From an uncultured Clostridia bacterium (GTDB lineage Bacteria > CAYTYR01 > UBA6262), in assembly GCA_964441745.1 (NCBI GenBank), contig CAYTYR010000013.1, forward strand, positions 55,209 to 75,208: DNA of 20,000 bases. Direction: 5' to 3'. A program made the translations under genes and the position numbers. The notes beneath the pieces were generated by a model. The model ran no database searches. It was not told the origin of the DNA and worked only from the letters and a program-made list of their open reading frames with translations. Positions within the stretch are counted from its first letter, which is position 1. Every line of letters begins with the position of its first letter. This document shows positions 17,554 through 20,000 of the stretch, one piece after another.

Positions 17554-17600
17554 TATTCTTGGTTTCATTCTAACATCCCTTTAGAATAAAGCCAACAATA
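17554..17600 (-). promoter_or_regulatory. Long leader hairpin (20-bp stem, 7-nt loop)
   Basis: Minus strand TATTGTTGGCTTTATTCTAA-AGGGATG-TTAGAATGAAACCAAGAATA; 18 of 20 positions pair including one G-U. Confidence 0.6.
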
Positions 17601-17655
17601 CAAACTTAATCACATCTGCTAAACTTATTTTGTAATGTCTCTACCAACATTTTTA

Positions 17656-17684
17656 ATAGTAACAAAATAAAAAAAACTTGTCAA
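17656..17684 (-). promoter_or_regulatory. Sigma70-type promoter for the secreted-protein unit
   Basis: TTGACA (17679-17684), 17 bp, TACTAT (17656-17661), with AT-rich sequence upstream. Confidence 0.72.
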
Positions 17685-17700
17685 TAAAAATATTAACATA

Positions 17701-17726
17701 TGTCATCTAAGAATTAAAAGTGAACT
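17701..17726 (+). repeat. IS left inverted repeat
   Basis: TGTCATCTAAGAATTAAAAGTGAACT; 22/26 match to the reverse complement of 19041-19066. Confidence 0.88.
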
Positions 17727-17735
17727 GCTAAATAA

Positions 17736-17774
17736 GCTATAATCTAAAGAAAAAAGGAGGCTTTAGATTATGGC
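17736..17774 (+). promoter_or_regulatory. Hairpin occluding the transposase start codon, with an embedded TATAAT
   Basis: GCTATAATCTAAAG (17736-17749) pairs with CTTTAGATTATGGC (17761-17774); SD AGGAGG in the loop, ATG (17770-17772) in the stem. Confidence 0.75.
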
Positions 17775-19031
17775 CCAATTACACAAAAGATTCACTGTTG
17801 AACAAGTAAAGGAGCTCTTAGAGCGCTATATTAAGAGAGCAATTAAACGAGAGCACGTCCAACAAATTTTAGGCATTGGTAAAACCAGGCTCTTTGCTCT
17901 CATCAAGAAATTTGGCAACAATCCCGGCGCTTTTTCCCTTGACTATTCAAGAGCAAAAACTACTCGTTCTATAGACCCGGATCTTGAGAAAAACATGCTT
18001 AATGAACTAGCTATCGACAAAAAACTCATCGAGGACAAAAAAGTGCGCTTGTATTCCTACAACTACAGCTATATCCAGTCCCGTTTACAGGAGAAATACC
18101 AGCAAATCGTCTCTTTGCCTACCATCATTGACCGCGCTAAAAAGAACAATTTCTATCTGCCCAGAAAACCAGCCAAAAAAATCCATGACCGGGAAGTCTT
18201 AACTAACCATGTCGGCAAACTTATTCAACATGACTCTTCTATTCACCAATGGAGTCCCTATGCCCCCAAAAAATGGCACCTGATTACTTCTATAGACGAT
18301 TATTCCCGATATATGTTCTACGCTAAGCTCGGCAGTCATGAGTCTTCCTGGTCTCATATCCAAGCCTTAGAATCCGTCTTTCTCCGTTACGGCTTGCCAC
18401 TGTGGATTCCCATTCCATATTCCGCTTCGTGAGAGGCAGGGATGAGGTCCATTATCAACACCATCTTCTCACTGATGACGTTGATCCTCAATGGAAACAA
18501 GTCCTTGGCGATTGCAATGTCAACGTAACCTATGCTCTCTCTCCTCAAGCTAAAGGCAAAATTGAACGACCCTATGGCTGGATTCAAGACCGCTTAGTCC
18601 GTACCTGCGCCAGAGAAAACGTTACCCAGGTCAAACAGGCTCAAATCGTCCTCTCCAGAGAAATGCACAGATACAACTACCAGCAAGTTCATAGTACTAC
18701 CCAGGAAATCCCTTATCAAAGATTCCAGAGAGCTTTACACCAAAATCTTTCTCTTTTCCATTCCTTCGCCGTCAAGCCGCCCTTCCTCTCTACTAAAGAC
18801 ATCTTTTGTCTGCGCCTTGATAGAAAAGCTGACGCTTATCGCAGAATCTCCATTAACAATATCTTCTTAAAGATCAATAAGCTGAATCCTTACCAAACCG
18901 TTAATCTGCGTATTTATCCTTTAAATTCAACTTATTCTGAAGTCAGATTCTGGTCCAATGGCATTCTCTTAGATGTTCAGAAACTTAAAAACGAGATATT
19001 CAAAAACCTTTTTACAACAGTGCACTTTTAA
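17770..19031 (+). pseudogene. Frameshifted DDE transposase (ORFs 17770-18432 and 18402-19031)
   Basis: N-terminal HTH, LIQHDSS (first Asp), ITSIDDYSR, YGLP then a frame change to VDSHSIF (second Asp) and SPQAKGKIERPY (Glu); junction near 18400. Confidence 0.88.
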
Positions 19032-19066
19032 TCTTTAATTAGTTCACTTTTAAATTTTAGCTAACA
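19019..19066 (-). repeat. IS right inverted repeat (19041-19066) with a subterminal second copy of the core
   Basis: AGTTCACTTTTAAATTTTAGCTAACA; the core AGT(G/T)CACTTTTAA occurs at 19019-19031 and 19041-19053. Confidence 0.85.
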
Positions 19067-19094
19067 TATATTTTTCCGGCTATTTTGGCTATTT

Positions 19095-20000
19095 TTATAA
19101 TGACAATTTTTTGATCGTTTTTTCCAGCTCCGGGTCCGGCGGCCCGTTCTTCAGCACGTCGTGGAATTGTTCCAGGGCCAATTTATTTTTACCCTGCTGT
19201 ACATAGACCAACCCGAGATTCCTCTTAGCCAGTAAACTGCTCGGATCAAGCGACAAAGCTTGCTGATAAAGTTTTTCCGCTTCAGCCAGGGACCCATTCA
19301 GGAAAAATATATTTCCGTAATTAACGTAGAAATCAGGGATGCTCGGATCAAGCTCGATGGCCTTTTTATAATTTTCCGCGGCCAGGCCCAGTTGATTGGT
19401 GCTGGAATAGATCATCCCGATCCGGAAATAGGTTTGCGCGTAAACCGGGTCAAGCTTCAGCGTCTTTTGGAACTCCTCGAGACTCTCCCGGTACCTGCCC
19501 TGCTTCAGGTAAACCGTACCGATCTGGTAATGCACCATGACGTAATTCGGGGCCATTTTAATGACCTGGTTATATTGCTCCAGCGCTTTCTGGTCATCGC
19601 CTTTTGCCCAACGGTCGTTATAAACATTACCCAGGAAGTACCGGCTCATGACAAAGAAGGGATTAAGCCGGGTGGTTGCCTGGTACTCTTCGATCGCGCC
19701 ATCCCATATTTTCGCTTTGGAATAGTAGATCCCGATATTATGGCGGTAATCAGCGATAAAGAACCTGATATATACTATAATAAGAGCTGAGCAGATGATC
19801 ACCAATAGCCATCCCACCCAACCATAAGTTCCTGTTTTGTTTCCTTGTTTCTTTACTTTCTCTTCCCCCACCGCCGGTGGCTGGCCGCCAATTATACCCA
19901 GGAAAAGCCAGAGGAACATGCCGCTGGAAACAAAACGCAAATTAACGCAGAAAAGATTGTGCGCCAATAATCCGGCCAATCCCGCCAGGAATCCGATGAG
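19095..20000 (-). CDS. Membrane protein with a C-terminal TPR array, probably O-antigen-ligase/Wzy_C-like (3' part only)
   Basis: Frame open to the window end (LIGFLAGLAGLLAHNLFCVNLRFVSSGMFLWLFLGII), hydrophobic helices with an HN motif, then about 6 TPRs. Confidence 0.7.
   Translation of the reverse strand, partial: LIGFLAGLAGLLAHNLFCVNLRFVSSGMFLWLFLGIIGGQPPAVGEEKVKKQGNKTGTYGWVGWLLVIICSALIIVYIRFFIADYRHNIGIYYSKAKIWDGAIEEYQATTRLNPFFVMSRYFLGNVYNDRWAKGDDQKALEQYNQVIKMAPNYVMVHYQIGTVYLKQGRYRESLEEFQKTLKLDPVYAQTYFRIGMIYSSTNQLGLAAENYKKAIELDPSIPDFYVNYGNIFFLNGSLAEAEKLYQQALSLDPSSLLAKRNLGLVYVQQGKNKLALEQFHDVLKNGPPDPELEKTIKKLSL

Larger units (their letters stand above)
17701..19066 (+). mobile_element. Insertion sequence, IS481-like (TGT...ACA ends; DDE/rve transposase), 1366 bp, probably inactive
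   Basis: 26-bp imperfect terminal inverted repeats enclosing a split transposase gene; visibly more AT-rich and the only real gene on the + strand. Confidence 0.88.

Noticed and set aside
19260-19790. 176-aa plus-strand ORF and other short ORF-track entries overlapping major genes
   Set aside because: Antisense or alternate-frame shadows with no independent support

Overview
Bacterial chromosome segment, almost all on the minus strand. The left half (1-9.9 kb) is housekeeping DNA: a TPR lipoprotein coupled to dnaE, then a promoter with an L20-leader-like attenuator driving infC (non-canonical ATC start), rpmI, rplT, ktrB, ktrA, a small TPR gene, a TrmH/SpoU RNA methyltransferase and pheS (partial). 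A degenerate 7-nt repeat (CTATACG) occurs at two sites in this operon. The right half holds an apparently self-contained three-gene unit (about 10.0-17.7 kb) with its own sigma70-type promoter, a ~200-nt structured leader ending in an intrinsic terminator, and a downstream terminator. It encodes a 1784-aa secreted mosaic protein and two paralogous secreted proteins with GxxGIGT fibre repeats. In the large protein, a putative helical-barrel glycosidase-like scaffold is interrupted by GATase-like, CBM-like and F5/8C modules. Next come a frameshifted IS481-like element (17701-19066) and the 3' part of a membrane plus TPR gene. All family assignments come from motif recognition by eye, not from database searches.
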